From positions 603,841 to 667,840 of the forward strand of contig CAVSCK010000005.1 in NCBI GenBank assembly GCA_963726455.1: DNA of 64,000 nucleotides, read 5' to 3'. The notes under the pieces were generated by a model. The model saw nothing but the letters and a program-made list of their open reading frames with translations, did not search any database and was not told where the DNA came from. A program made the translations under genes and the position numbers. How positions within the stretch are numbered: position 1 is the first letter of the stretch; every line of letters begins with the position of its first letter. Below are positions 30,243 to 40,586 of this stretch, one piece after another. The stretch comes from an uncultured bacterium. Lineage in GTDB: Bacteria; Zixibacteria; MSB-5A5; CAIYYT01.

Positions 30243-30648
30243 CTTCCTCGGCCATAGGAGGTGCCGCATCGGCTTCAGGTGGAGGAGGAGCTTCGCTCTC
30301 GGCTGCCGCCTCGCCGCCGCGTCTGCCCAAAAACTGCAGCCGCTGGCCGACGATTTCGGTGATGTATTTCTTGACGCCGTTGTCGTCCCAGGAGCGGGTT
30401 TGAATGCGGCCTTCGATGTAGACCGGCGAACCCTTGGTGAGATACTGTTTTGCGGTCTCCGCCTGTTTGCCCCAAAGAACGATGTTGTGCCAGTTGGTCG
30501 ATTCCTTCATCTCGTTGGTCTGCTTGTCGCGCCATTTTTCAGTGGTGGCAATCGAGAAGGTACAGACTGCGGCGCCGGAGGGAGTGTAGCGCAATTCCGG
30601 ATCGCGGCCGAGGTTTCCTATGAGAATGGCTTTGTTAACTGATGCCAT
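30223..30648 (-). CDS. ssb: Single-stranded DNA-binding protein
   Basis: [28 protein letters not shown]-terminal DDDLPF. Confidence 0.96.
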   Translation of the reverse strand: MASVNKAILIGNLGRDPELRYTPSGAAVCTFSIATTEKWRDKQTNEMKESTNWHNIVLWGKQAETAKQYLTKGSPVYIEGRIQTRSWDDNGVKKYITEIVGQRLQFLGRRGGEAAAESEAPPPPEADAAPPMAEEDDDLPF

Positions 30649-30787
30649 AACAACCGTTACTCCTTTTCTTAGTACGACGGCGAATATAGGAAGTAGCACG
30701 GGGGGTGTCAATCGCAATTGTGCCGGAAGAGCCAAGCTGATGTAATACTATGGCTTCCGGAGGACCTTGCGCAACCACGAAAATTGC

Positions 30788-30816
30788 TTGACTTCCGAAG
30801 CGATATTTGGTACATT
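30788..30816 (+). promoter_or_regulatory. sigma70-type promoter for the cohesin/dockerin gene
   Basis: TTGACT-N17-TACATT. Confidence 0.5.
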
Positions 30817-31101
30817 TTTTCCGGTCATACCACGTTAAGTAATGCCTGTATAAGGCCAATATTGGGCGGGCTCCTGCGATGTGTTCTCGAAAAGGTTGGT
30901 GCATTCGGTTCTGTGTTTATACTCCGTTACTGTTGATCTATGCGTTCGCGAGCAAACAAGCGCTCGACCTTATCACCCTCATTTCCCGATTCCAAGGCCT
31001 TGCCGGCAAAGTTCTCTCCAACCCATTTCTACTGACGGGATCTGGCTTCCGTTACGCTTTACAGGAGTCACCCGCAACCCTGGATCAACAGTGAGCTAAT
31101 T

Positions 31102-34100
31102 ATGAAACACAGATCACGCGCATTGATAACCTGTCTGCTTGTTGTTTTCGCCCTTTCTCAGGCGTGGGCAGACAATCCAACCGTTTCCCTGTTGCCGGAT
31201 TCCACGATAGTGCCCAGAGACACGGTCTTTGTGCTCACGATGCCGGTAAGCAGCAATTCGGTACATCTCAAGGCCTATTCTGCCGCCATTGCTTTCGACC
31301 GCAATTACATAGCGACCGACAGTGCCAATGTTACTGAAGGGGCACTTTTGGCAGGCAGCGGTCGGCCAACATTCTTCTGGACAGAGTTTTCGCCCGACTC
31401 CAGTATACTCTATATTGATGGGGCGATACTCGGAGACAGCGCCTATGTTTCCGGCGCCGGCAATCTGGCTACGATCAAGTTCTTTACGCGCGCCTGGGGT
31501 CAAACTGATCTGGATTTTATTTCCTTCCGTGCGCGCGATGAACATAATGCACCGCTGCAATATGATTCGATCGGCGGTTGGGTACAAGTCAATCAACCGC
31601 CTGTAGTCTCCGGAATTCCAAATCAGATGATTTCCGCCGGCGGCTCATCGGCGCCGATATATCTCGATAACTACGTGACGGATCCTGACAACTCCCTGAG
31701 TCTTTTGAGCTGGACCTATTCAGGTAATGTGGCGCTGTCTGTTTCAATCGACCAAAATCGGGTAGCGACTGTTTCGTCGCCAAATCCGGTCTGGAGTGGC
31801 AGCGAACTCATAGTCTTTAAGGCCACTGATCCCTGGGGCCAGTCAAGTTCGTGTCCGGCCGTTTTCACAGTTAATTTGGCTATGCCGTGTCCTTCAGATA
31901 TGACGCACTATTGGAAACTCGATGAGACTGCGGGACAGCCGTATCTTGATTTCTACGACGCCGACAACGCTATCTGCAGCGAATGTCCAACGGCAACGAC
32001 CGGAAGAGTAAATGGCGGACAATTGTTCGATTTGAATGACTCGGTAACGGTTGCCGATGACGACAGTTTTGATTGGGGCGCCACGTCAAGTTTCTCGATC
32101 GAGCTTTGGATGAAGAAGGGCGGGGCGTGTAGCGGGTTCGCTGAAGTCATCGCCGGTCGGCTCGAATACGAAGGTCCGTACGTCATGAATTGGTGGCTGG
32201 GGGTTGATTGTACTCCTCCGCATGCCGGCGCCATTCGCTTCCGGATGCAAAACAATGTCCTCTCTGACGTGTGGAGCTCGGTCACTGTCAATGATGATGC
32301 CTGGCATCACGTGGTTGCCACGCGTGACGGTAGTGCATCCCTGACCCGCATATACGTTGACGGACAGGAGCGAGGCACGGTCACGCAGACCTTCACACTG
32401 GGCTTTGCCGCCGAAGCGCCGATGACGGTTGGCTATCTCAATGTCACGGGAGGGTACCACTATGGAGGAGCGCTGGACGAGTTTGCGTTATATAACAATG
32501 CATTGTCAGCAACTGAGATACAGAACCACTACGATCGTGGGTTGCTCGGTCTCGGATATTGCAACGAGCCGGTGGCTCCGCTGATTACCTCAACGCCGCC
32601 GACATCGGCAATTGGCGGGCGGCCGTACACTTACGAAGTGCAGGCAGTCGGAACCCCTCCGCCGATATTTACTCTTGCCACCTACCCGACCGACATGACA
32701 ATTGACAACTATACCGGGGTCATCCATTGGACTCCTCGGGCGACAGGTGATTTCGCCGTCGCAGTCGTGGCAACCAACGTCGCCGGCGGCGATACGCAGA
32801 GTTATTCCATCAACGTCCCGGGGATTGCCCCCACGATTACCTCGATACCTGTGCCTGTGGCAACGGTAGGATATCTTTACATCTATGATGTCGAGGCCGC
32901 AGGATTGCCCGCTCCTGCCTATTCGCTGTTTGCCACGCCGCCGCATTCGCTGCCTCCAGGGATGCATATTGATCCGGTGTCGGGGATAATCAACTGGACG
33001 CCTGCCGACACGGGACATTATGAATTGAACGTTGACGCCGTTAACGCCTGGGGAGCCGACACTCAGATGTTCATGCTCACAGTTGTGGGCGTCGGTCCGG
33101 CATTCATTTCAACTCCGGTGACAGAGGGCGAGGTCGACAAACCATATAGTTACGATGCTGACGCCTCCGGTTACCCGGCTCCGAGATACAGTCTTTACAC
33201 GCCGCCATCGCCGCTGGGCATGGTGATCGATTCGTTGACGGGCATGGTTTCGTGGACTCCAACGGATAGCGGATCTTTCAATGTCAAGATCAGGGCCAGA
33301 AATCTTCTGGATTCTGCATTTCAAAACTATACGATAAATGTTCTGCCGAAACCTCCACTGCCCTGTCCTGACAGCATCACGCACTATTGGAAGTTGGAAG
33401 AGACTTCCGGGGGGCCATATCAGGATTTTGTCGCAAACAATGACGCCATTTGTGGTCCGTGCCCAACAGCGGTTCCAGGCAGAGTGGGCACGGGACAGCG
33501 CTTTAACGGTTCCAATCTGGTCACTGTCGCCGATGATGGCACCTTCGACTGGGGTGGTGGCTCCAGTTTCACGATTGAGTTCTGGATAAACAAGACGGAC
33601 TCGGCCACTCACAGTGAGGTAGTCCTCGGAAGAGTCGAAGGAGCCATGAACTGGTGGATCGGGGTCAACTCTGATCCGGGTGATGCCAACAGGATACGGT
33701 TCCGGCTGGTCAGCGGCGGGGTTACAGATCTCTACAGCAATTCCAGAGTGACCGACGGGAATTGGCATCACATCGCGGCAACTCGTGACGGTGCGACGAG
33801 AGTCACCAAACTATACGTCGACAACGTGCTGGAGGCGTCGATGATGCAGAGCCATGCCAGCGGTTTTGCCGCCTGGGCGCCGATGAGTATTGGCTGGCTG
33901 AACACAGGCGCGTTCTATTATTACAATGGAATTGTGGACGAGGTTGCTCTTTACAACCGTGCATTAGACCCTCGCGAGATCGGTGCACACTACGCCAACG
34001 GCATGCTAGGTCTCGGCTACTGCGAGTTTACTTGCGGCGACGCGAACGGTGATGGTTCCATTGATATCTCTGATGTTGTGTTCTTGATCTCCTACATATT

Positions 34101-34236
34101 TGCGAACGGCCCTGCTCCCGCTCCATTGCTGGCGGGAGATGCCAACTGCGATCTGGCGATAGACATATCCGATGCGGTGTACATAATACAGTACATCTTC
34201 TCGGGTGGTCCGGCGCCATGCGCGTTGTGCCCTTGA
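31102..34236 (+). CDS. Secreted modular protein: cohesin-like, Ig-like, LamG, 3x He_PIG Ig, LamG, C-terminal dockerin
   Basis: Signal peptide; IAFD...VTEGALL...GAGNLATIKF (cohesin-like); duplicated CP..THYWKL.E LamG modules; P.ITS.P...Y.Y.V.A Ig repeats; [14 protein letters not shown]...[13 protein letters not shown] tail. Confidence 0.85.
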   Translation: MKHRSRALITCLLVVFALSQAWADNPTVSLLPDSTIVPRDTVFVLTMPVSSNSVHLKAYSAAIAFDRNYIATDSANVTEGALLAGSGRPTFFWTEFSPDSSILYIDGAILGDSAYVSGAGNLATIKFFTRAWGQTDLDFISFRARDEHNAPLQYDSIGGWVQVNQPPVVSGIPNQMISAGGSSAPIYLDNYVTDPDNSLSLLSWTYSGNVALSVSIDQNRVATVSSPNPVWSGSELIVFKATDPWGQSSSCPAVFTVNLAMPCPSDMTHYWKLDETAGQPYLDFYDADNAICSECPTATTGRVNGGQLFDLNDSVTVADDDSFDWGATSSFSIELWMKKGGACSGFAEVIAGRLEYEGPYVMNWWLGVDCTPPHAGAIRFRMQNNVLSDVWSSVTVNDDAWHHVVATRDGSASLTRIYVDGQERGTVTQTFTLGFAAEAPMTVGYLNVTGGYHYGGALDEFALYNNALSATEIQNHYDRGLLGLGYCNEPVAPLITSTPPTSAIGGRPYTYEVQAVGTPPPIFTLATYPTDMTIDNYTGVIHWTPRATGDFAVAVVATNVAGGDTQSYSINVPGIAPTITSIPVPVATVGYLYIYDVEAAGLPAPAYSLFATPPHSLPPGMHIDPVSGIINWTPADTGHYELNVDAVNAWGADTQMFMLTVVGVGPAFISTPVTEGEVDKPYSYDADASGYPAPRYSLYTPPSPLGMVIDSLTGMVSWTPTDSGSFNVKIRARNLLDSAFQNYTINVLPKPPLPCPDSITHYWKLEETSGGPYQDFVANNDAICGPCPTAVPGRVGTGQRFNGSNLVTVADDGTFDWGGGSSFTIEFWINKTDSATHSEVVLGRVEGAMNWWIGVNSDPGDANRIRFRLVSGGVTDLYSNSRVTDGNWHHIAATRDGATRVTKLYVDNVLEASMMQSHASGFAAWAPMSIGWLNTGAFYYYNGIVDEVALYNRALDPREIGAHYANGMLGLGYCEFTCGDANGDGSIDISDVVFLISYIFANGPAPAPLLAGDANCDLAIDISDAVYIIQYIFSGGPAPCALCP

Positions 34237-34437
34237 AATACGTCAAATCAGAGTAAGATACTCTCATATCGGAAGTGTTAGGGAAACGGCGCAAGACGAG
34301 GATATCAAATGAGTCACCCAGGGGATTCATAAAGTCCCGGGGTGCTTCGACGCGATCGGCAACCGCAGGAGAGAATGCCAATTGTAAATGTGGGATAATG
34401 GCCAATCGGGAGACGATCTCAAATTAGCCGAATTGTG

Positions 34438-34466
34438 TTGACAAACTGGACTGCCAGCACTATCAT
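34438..34466 (+). promoter_or_regulatory. sigma70-type promoter
   Basis: TTGACA-N17-TATCAT. Confidence 0.6.
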
Positions 34467-34521
34467 AATTCAAGTTAAGTAATCTCACAGCTCAGTCCTT
34501 AGGGACGCAAGGGAGGCCCAG

Positions 34522-37500
34522 ATGCATTGCAGCTTCGTTTCATTTATTGTCTCAAAAGTGCCGCAATCTGCGGTTGCTTATCGCCGCGGCAAAGATTCTT
34601 GTATCTTCCACTCGGAGAATTGTGCCGGATCAACCAATCAACGGGCGTCGCGCCTCCAAAAGCGGAAGTTCAATTCCTTGATAGTCGTAGTGGCGACAAT
34701 GCTATTTATGATGGCTGCAACCACTGCTCTTGCTGCAGGAGGCAAGAAGCCGGTGACCGCCTACCATGCCTGCCGAAGTAGCCAAAGAGGCAGTACCTGC
34801 CTTAAAAGAGACTGCTCCCGTGGAACCGGAAGAAGGTCTTGTCACGCAACAGACTGCCGATGTCCCACAGATGTTTGGCAACTTCCCGAAAGGTCAAGTT
34901 CAGATTGGCAGCACCGAGTTCGACCACCAAAGCAACGTGACGCAGCCACGCCAGATCGTCGTCGGTTCTGATGGCAGAGTTTACAATGTGTTCATGTATC
35001 GCCCTTATGGCGGTGGCAATCGCTCAATGCAGTATAGTGGATATTTAATCGGTGGCACTCCCAGTGTCGCCACAACCATCTCGCCAATTCCCGGCAGTGG
35101 CGGTTACGGTTCCATCGCAGTCGGCCCGGGCGATAGTCTGGCGATAGCGACCTATCATTACACCAAATCCGGCACAGGATTCGACGCGAGACCGCGCCTG
35201 CAGATCGGTAGACAGGCCGTCCTCGATATGCCTTCATTCAACATGTATGATTATCCGGTTGCCGATGCGGTCATGCCAAGGATCTTGAACTGCCAGGGTA
35301 TCCTCACGAGTAGCACGGTCGGGGACACTTTGGAGGGTGGCTACATTTGGCCTACCATTGCCGCTGACAACAATGGCGCCAATACCATCGCCCACGTCCT
35401 GGCAAAGGAATCGCCGGTAATGGACCTCTCAGGCAAGGCATCGCTGGTTTATTACGGGACGCTGCCCGATGCTGCAGCCCCGACTTCAACCTGCGGTTTC
35501 CTATTGGACTCGGTCGCCGCCGGTGTCAACTACGATATCGTCGCCAGTCCGGTGTCGAACAAGGTGGCTGTGGTCTACCTATACCCCAAAGATTGGAGCG
35601 TGTCAACCAATGGTGACGACGACGACATTGTATACAGAGAGTCGAACGATCTGGGAGCAAGTTGGAGCGACAAGACAGCGATCACCAATTTCGATAGTCA
35701 AGACTCAATAGTTAGCAGTGGCAGGGTTTACTACGTGCGCGGCAGAGAAGTGTCGGCCCTGTATGACGACAACGATTGTCTTCACGTGCTGTACAGAACC
35801 TATTGGGCTGATCATGTCTACCACTACTTTCTCGTCTGGCCGGCACGGCTTTACCACTGGAGTTCGTGCGCTCCAACTGTCATCTCGCTGGTGACTGACG
35901 CCTCTACTTACCAATCTGGCCAGGGATGCCACCCGCCATCAGGTCAACAGAATGTCGCCAAGATCAGTTTGACGCAGTGCGATGCTTCCGGCACAAAGCG
36001 ACTTTACGCCGTTTATACGCGCTATCCGGAATACGCCGACTGCTCTTCCGGAGCCTACAAGGCCAACGGAGAGGTCTATGTGCAGGGTTCAGACGGTTTG
36101 GCTGGCCAATATTGGGGTACTCCACGTAACATCTCCAACACCCTTTCGAACGGCTGTTCGGCAGGCAACTGCAATTCCGAGGGATTCACCAGCGCTGCAC
36201 CGTATGTCACGGACTCGATGAGAATTCAGTACCTGTTGGACAAGGATGCCGGCGACTTCGCTTCCGCGCTGGAAGGCACACGTACGAATAACCCGGTGAT
36301 GAATATGTCCTATCCTTGCTTCGCCGTATGTGCCAACGACGACGACTGTGATGGGGTTGCCAACGATGTCGATAACTGTCCAGATCTCAGCAACCCTGAT
36401 CAGACTGATACCGACCTTGACGGCATCGGAGATGCCTGCGACAATTGTCCGGCATTTGCAAATCCATTGCAGACGGACGGTGATTTGGATGGTGTCGGCG
36501 ACGCCTGTGACAATTGTCCGGCTGTCAGCAATCCTCTACAAACGGATACCGACGCTGACGGCGTCGGCGATGCCTGTGACAACTGTCAGAATGCTTCTAA
36601 TCCCACGCAAACCGACACGGACGCTGACGGATTAGGTAACGCTTGCGACAATTGCCCCACTATCCCCAATTTGAACCAAGCTGACACCGATGCTGACGGA
36701 GTAGGCAACGTCTGCGACAATTGCCCGGCTGTCGCCAATCCTGACCAGGCAGATAGTGACGCCGACGGTCTCGGCGATGCGTGTGACGCTCCTCCCATTC
36801 TCATTTCTCCTGTCGAGGGAGGGATAATGGACAATGGATGCTATGCGCAGACAGATCTTATGACTTGGCCCTTCGTATGGCATTCGTTGCCGGGCGCCAC
36901 GCGATATCATCTTAACGTGTTCGCTCCCGGTGGGTACCCCAGCGTTGACAACAGTAATATCACAGACACGACCTATACCAAATCGGAGATTGCCTATACA
37001 ATAAATCTATCCGGATGGACATGGAAAGTTCGGGCAATGATCAATTCGATTTGGACGGATTGGTCCCCAACGCGGTCATTTAACATCGAGCCGATCGATC
37101 ACGACTGCATCGACACTGATGCTGACGGTGTTCCCGATGTAAATGACAATTGCCTGACTGTACCGAATCCACAACAGACCAACAGCGACGCCGACAGTTT
37201 GGGCGATGCTTGCGACAACTGTCCGACTGTCGCGAATCCGCTTCAGACCGACACCGATGCCGATGGCAGGGGTGATGTCTGCGACAACTGTCCGCTGGTC
37301 CCGAACCCGGATCAGATTGATTCGGACCAGGATAATATCGGGGATGCCTGCGATTATATCTGCGGCGACGCCAACGGTGACGGCTCCGTGGACATCTCTG
37401 ACGCTGTCTATTTGATACAGTACATATTTTCCGGAGGAGCTGCGCCGAATCCGCTCGACTCTGGAGATGCCAACTGCGATCTCGCAGTGGACATTTCCGA

Positions 37501-37564
37501 TGCTGTGTATCTGATCCAGTACATCTTCTCCGGCGGTCCGGCGCCATGCGCGTTGTGTAAATAG
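34522..37564 (+). CDS. Secreted protein with Asp-box (BNR)-containing N-domain, nine thrombospondin type-3 repeats and C-terminal dockerin; +1 frameshift near 34764 separates the signal peptide
   Basis: GGAGG SD before 34522; signal [24 protein letters not shown]; SNDLGASW; [15 protein letters not shown]..NP.Q repeats; [14 protein letters not shown] tail. Confidence 0.82.
36337..37354 (+). repeat. Intragenic 69-bp (23-aa) thrombospondin type-3 repeats in blocks of 6 and 3
   Basis: Recurrent tgcgacaa(t/c)tg(t/c)cc; repeated DNC..NP.Q.D.D.DG.GD units. Confidence 0.85.
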
Positions 37565-37577
37565 GCTGGAGCAATTA

Positions 37578-37607
37578 CGCGGCGCACGAGGACGTACGCC
37601 GCGCACA
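37578..37607. repeat. Solo copy of the GTGC-tagged REP-like hairpin also present in the 155-bp array
   Basis: CGCGGCGCACG-AGGA-CGTACGCCGCG-CACA. Confidence 0.75.
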
Positions 37608-37622
37608 ATTAGGCCTCTTTCG

Positions 37623-37657
37623 AACCGGAAGTCCCAGGCGGCTTCCGGTTTTCTTTT
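37623..37657 (+). terminator. Rho-independent terminator
   Basis: AACCGGAAGTC...GGCTTCCGGTT-TTCTTTT. Confidence 0.75.
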
Positions 37658-37687
37658 GCATCTGACAACGATTTCAATTTAGTTGGC

Positions 37688-38407
37688 GTGATGGCAACCA
37701 ACGGCACCCTCTATCTCGTCGCGACGCCGATCGGCAATCTGGAGGATATCACCATGCGGGCGGTCAGGACGCTCAAGGAAGTTGACCTGATTGCCTGCGA
37801 GGATACCCGGACATCCAGAGTATTGCTGAATCATTATGGTATCAGCAAACCGCTGGTGTCATATCACAATTTCAACGAGCGGCAAGCGTCGGAGCGAATT
37901 ATCGCGCGGATTCTTGAGGGGCAGAATGTGGCGGTGATCTCGGATGCCGGCACGCCGTCGATATCTGATCCCGGATTCATCATTGTCAGAGAAGCGATCA
38001 AGCAGGGGATAGAGGTAGTCGCGATTCCGGGACCGGCGGCGATGATCATGGCGCTGGCCGTGAGCGGACTGCCGACGGACGCGTTTATTTTCTATGGGTT
38101 CCTACCGCAGACATCGGGGAAACGCCGGACAATTCTTGAATCGCTAAAGGAACGGCGCGAGACGCTGATCTTCTACGAGTCGCCATACAAGATTCACAAG
38201 CTGCTGGATGAAGTCCTCGACGTGATCGGCAACCGGCAGGCAGCGTTATGTCGTGAGTTAACGAAGAAGTTTGAGGAAGTCACCAGGGGGAATATTGAGA
38301 CGATTCGACAGGCAATTGCGGATAAGAAAGTTAAGGGGGAAATTACGTTGGTTGTGCAAGGGAAGGTGCGAAAAGCCCCCGCCGACGATTCCCTTTCCTC
38401 GGAGTGA
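37688..38407 (+). CDS. rsmI: 16S rRNA (cytidine1402-2'-O)-methyltransferase
   Basis: LYLVATPIGNLEDIT, ACEDTR, SDAGTPSISDPG, FYESP, RELTKKFEE. Confidence 0.95.
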   Translation: MMATNGTLYLVATPIGNLEDITMRAVRTLKEVDLIACEDTRTSRVLLNHYGISKPLVSYHNFNERQASERIIARILEGQNVAVISDAGTPSISDPGFIIVREAIKQGIEVVAIPGPAAMIMALAVSGLPTDAFIFYGFLPQTSGKRRTILESLKERRETLIFYESPYKIHKLLDEVLDVIGNRQAALCRELTKKFEEVTRGNIETIRQAIADKKVKGEITLVVQGKVRKAPADDSLSSE

Positions 38408-38418
38408 CGATCCAGTTA

Positions 38419-38883
38419 TTACTTCGGATATTTGCCGAACAGTTTGAGCAGCACACCGTGGAAACGATGGATTGATTCGGCATTGGGCAGGAACATCAAA
38501 GGACAGAGTCCGCTGATAACGCTGACTTTGTGCTCTTTGCAGAACGACAACGTGTTGGAACCGTGCTCGTCGTGCTGCAATTTGCGGCGAAACCAGACCT
38601 TGGTGATGCCGGAGTCGGCGCAATCCTGCATCATGTCGTCAGACAACGTCTGCGGAATCAGAAAGAGCGCTGCGGTTACCGGTGGCTTGACTTCGGTCAG
38701 TCGGCCGACGCAGGGTTTGCCAGCGATCTGTTCCGCGTTCGGATTGACCGGAACAACGTCGTAACCCCGTTTGACGAATTCATCGTATACGATGCGCGTG
38801 TAGTCTTTGGCCCCGCGCGAGACGCCGACGATGGCGAGTCGGTGTTCGCCGAGGAAATTGCTGATCTGCTTGAGTTCGGTCAT
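38419..38883 (-). CDS. CoA-binding protein (YccU-like)
   Basis: AIVGVSR, GYDVVPVNP, GITKVW, GLCPLMF. Confidence 0.88.
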   Translation of the reverse strand: MTELKQISNFLGEHRLAIVGVSRGAKDYTRIVYDEFVKRGYDVVPVNPNAEQIAGKPCVGRLTEVKPPVTAALFLIPQTLSDDMMQDCADSGITKVWFRRKLQHDEHGSNTLSFCKEHKVSVISGLCPLMFLPNAESIHRFHGVLLKLFGKYPK

Positions 38884-39010
38884 GGGTCCCTCCCCGTGTT
38901 GCCGGACGCGGCGACATCAGTTGAACTCCGTGACTTTAAGGTAGTCACGAGCTCCGCAAGTTACAAGTGTCTTTATTCGTCTATCTCCAATCAGAATTAT
39001 CCTGTTTCGA

Positions 39011-40078
39011 CTAGTATTCCTTAAGCTGCTCCTGCCCGGAGAGATAGCGCATACCGGCAGCAGCCAGGGCTTCCATTTCGAATTCGCCGCCCACGACGAT
39101 CACATTGCCGAGGAAAGCGATATAATGATGGATCTCGCCCACCAGCATTTCAGACTTGGCCATGCCGCCGGTCAGCACGATGGCCTCGAATTGACCGCGC
39201 AGTGCAACGGCTGCCAGGCCGATTTCTTTGGCGATCTGATAGGCCATGGCGTTGAAGTAGAACTGCGCTTTGATGTCACCGCCAAGAATTCTCTTTTCGA
39301 CGGCGCGCAGATCGGCCTCACCGATATAGGCAAGCAGACCCGACTTACGCGAAAGTTTGTCGATCATCTCCTTTTCGGTGAATTTGCCGGAGTAGCAAAG
39401 TTTGACCAGCCCGCCGATCGGAAGCGCGCCGCAACGGTCGGGAGAATAGGGTCCCATGCCAAGCAGCGCGTCGTTGACATCGATGACCTTGCCACCCTGC
39501 AGTGCTGCGACCGAGACGCCGCCGCCCATGTGCACGGCGACGAAATTGACGTCCTCCAGTTTCTTGCCCAGTTTTTCGGCTTCGCGGCGGCAGACTTCCT
39601 TGATGTTAAGCGCATGTACACGGCACTTGCGCTCGATTTCGGGAATGCCGGAGATGCGGGCGATGTCGGTGAAGTTGTCGGTAGTGATCGGATCAGAGAT
39701 CAGGCAAGGAACATTGTATCGCGACGCCAGATGATGCGCGATGATGGCGCCAAGATTCGACGCGTGATTGGAGTACTTCATCGTGCGCAGGTCGGAGAGC
39801 ATCGCATCAGTGATTTTGTACGAACCGCCCTCAAGAGGGCGCAGCGGCGCGCCTCGTCCGATGACTGCCTTAATTTGTTTCTGGTCAATTTTCAGCGATG
39901 CAATCCAACTGTCGATTCCCTGCATGCGGAATTCGAACTGGTCGGCGACATTGTCGAATTTCGCCAGCTCCTTCGAGTCGTGGCGGACGGCTTCTTCCGC
40001 GATCTTCTTGTCGCCATCGAAGAGCGCCATCTTGGTTGAGGTCGAACCGGGGTTGATGATAATAAGGTAGTCTGGCAT
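39011..40078 (-). CDS. buk: Butyrate (branched-chain acid) kinase
   Basis: INPGSTSTK, HASNLGA, HALN, HMGGGVSV, YQIAKEIG, GEFEMEAL. Confidence 0.93.
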   Translation of the reverse strand: MPDYLIIINPGSTSTKMALFDGDKKIAEEAVRHDSKELAKFDNVADQFEFRMQGIDSWIASLKIDQKQIKAVIGRGAPLRPLEGGSYKITDAMLSDLRTMKYSNHASNLGAIIAHHLASRYNVPCLISDPITTDNFTDIARISGIPEIERKCRVHALNIKEVCRREAEKLGKKLEDVNFVAVHMGGGVSVAALQGGKVIDVNDALLGMGPYSPDRCGALPIGGLVKLCYSGKFTEKEMIDKLSRKSGLLAYIGEADLRAVEKRILGGDIKAQFYFNAMAYQIAKEIGLAAVALRGQFEAIVLTGGMAKSEMLVGEIHHYIAFLGNVIVVGGEFEMEALAAAGMRYLSGQEQLKEY

Positions 40079-40125
40079 ATTCTTACTCCCACGGCGCAAG
40101 TGCGCCGCGCATATTGCTGCCATTC

Positions 40126-40575
40126 AAACCCACCGCAAGCAGTGGGCACCGTGCATGTCATCGAACCTGGATTCCCGCGTTCGCGGGAATGACACGCTAG
40201 GGGTGGGCTCTGTCTACTGTGTCGGTCTCCTGCTCCGCTGCGCACGGGGACGTACGCAGCGCACATACAATTCGTGCTTGAAACCACCGCAAGCGGTGGG
40301 GCACTGTGCATGTCATCGAACCTGGATTCCCGCCTTCGCGGGAATGACACGCTAGGTGAGCGCTCTGTCTACTGAATCGGTCTCCTGTTCCGCGGCGCAC
40401 GGGGACGTACACCGCGCACATACAATTCGTGCTTGAACCCACCGCAAGCAGTGGGGCACCGTGCATGTCATCGAACCTGGATTCCCGCGTTCGCGGGAAT
40501 GACACGCTAGGGGTGGGCTCTGTCTACTGTGTCGGTCTCCTGCTCCGCTGCGCACGGGGACGTACGCAGCGCACA
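40126..40575. repeat. Tandem array of three 155-bp units, each with three different REP-like hairpins (BIME-like mosaic)
   Basis: GTCATCGAACC recurs at 40157, 40312 and 40467. Hairpins: CCCACCGCAAGC(A/G)GTGGG, ATTCCCGC(G/C)TTCGCGGGAAT, GCTGCGCACGGGGACGTACGCAGC. Confidence 0.92.
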
Positions 40576-40586
40576 ATGTTTTGCGG

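Noticed and set aside
40126-40575. CRISPR or guide-RNA array
   Set aside because: Units are 155 bp and the inter-hairpin segments are near-identical between units (no unique spacers); no cas or nuclease gene is adjacent.
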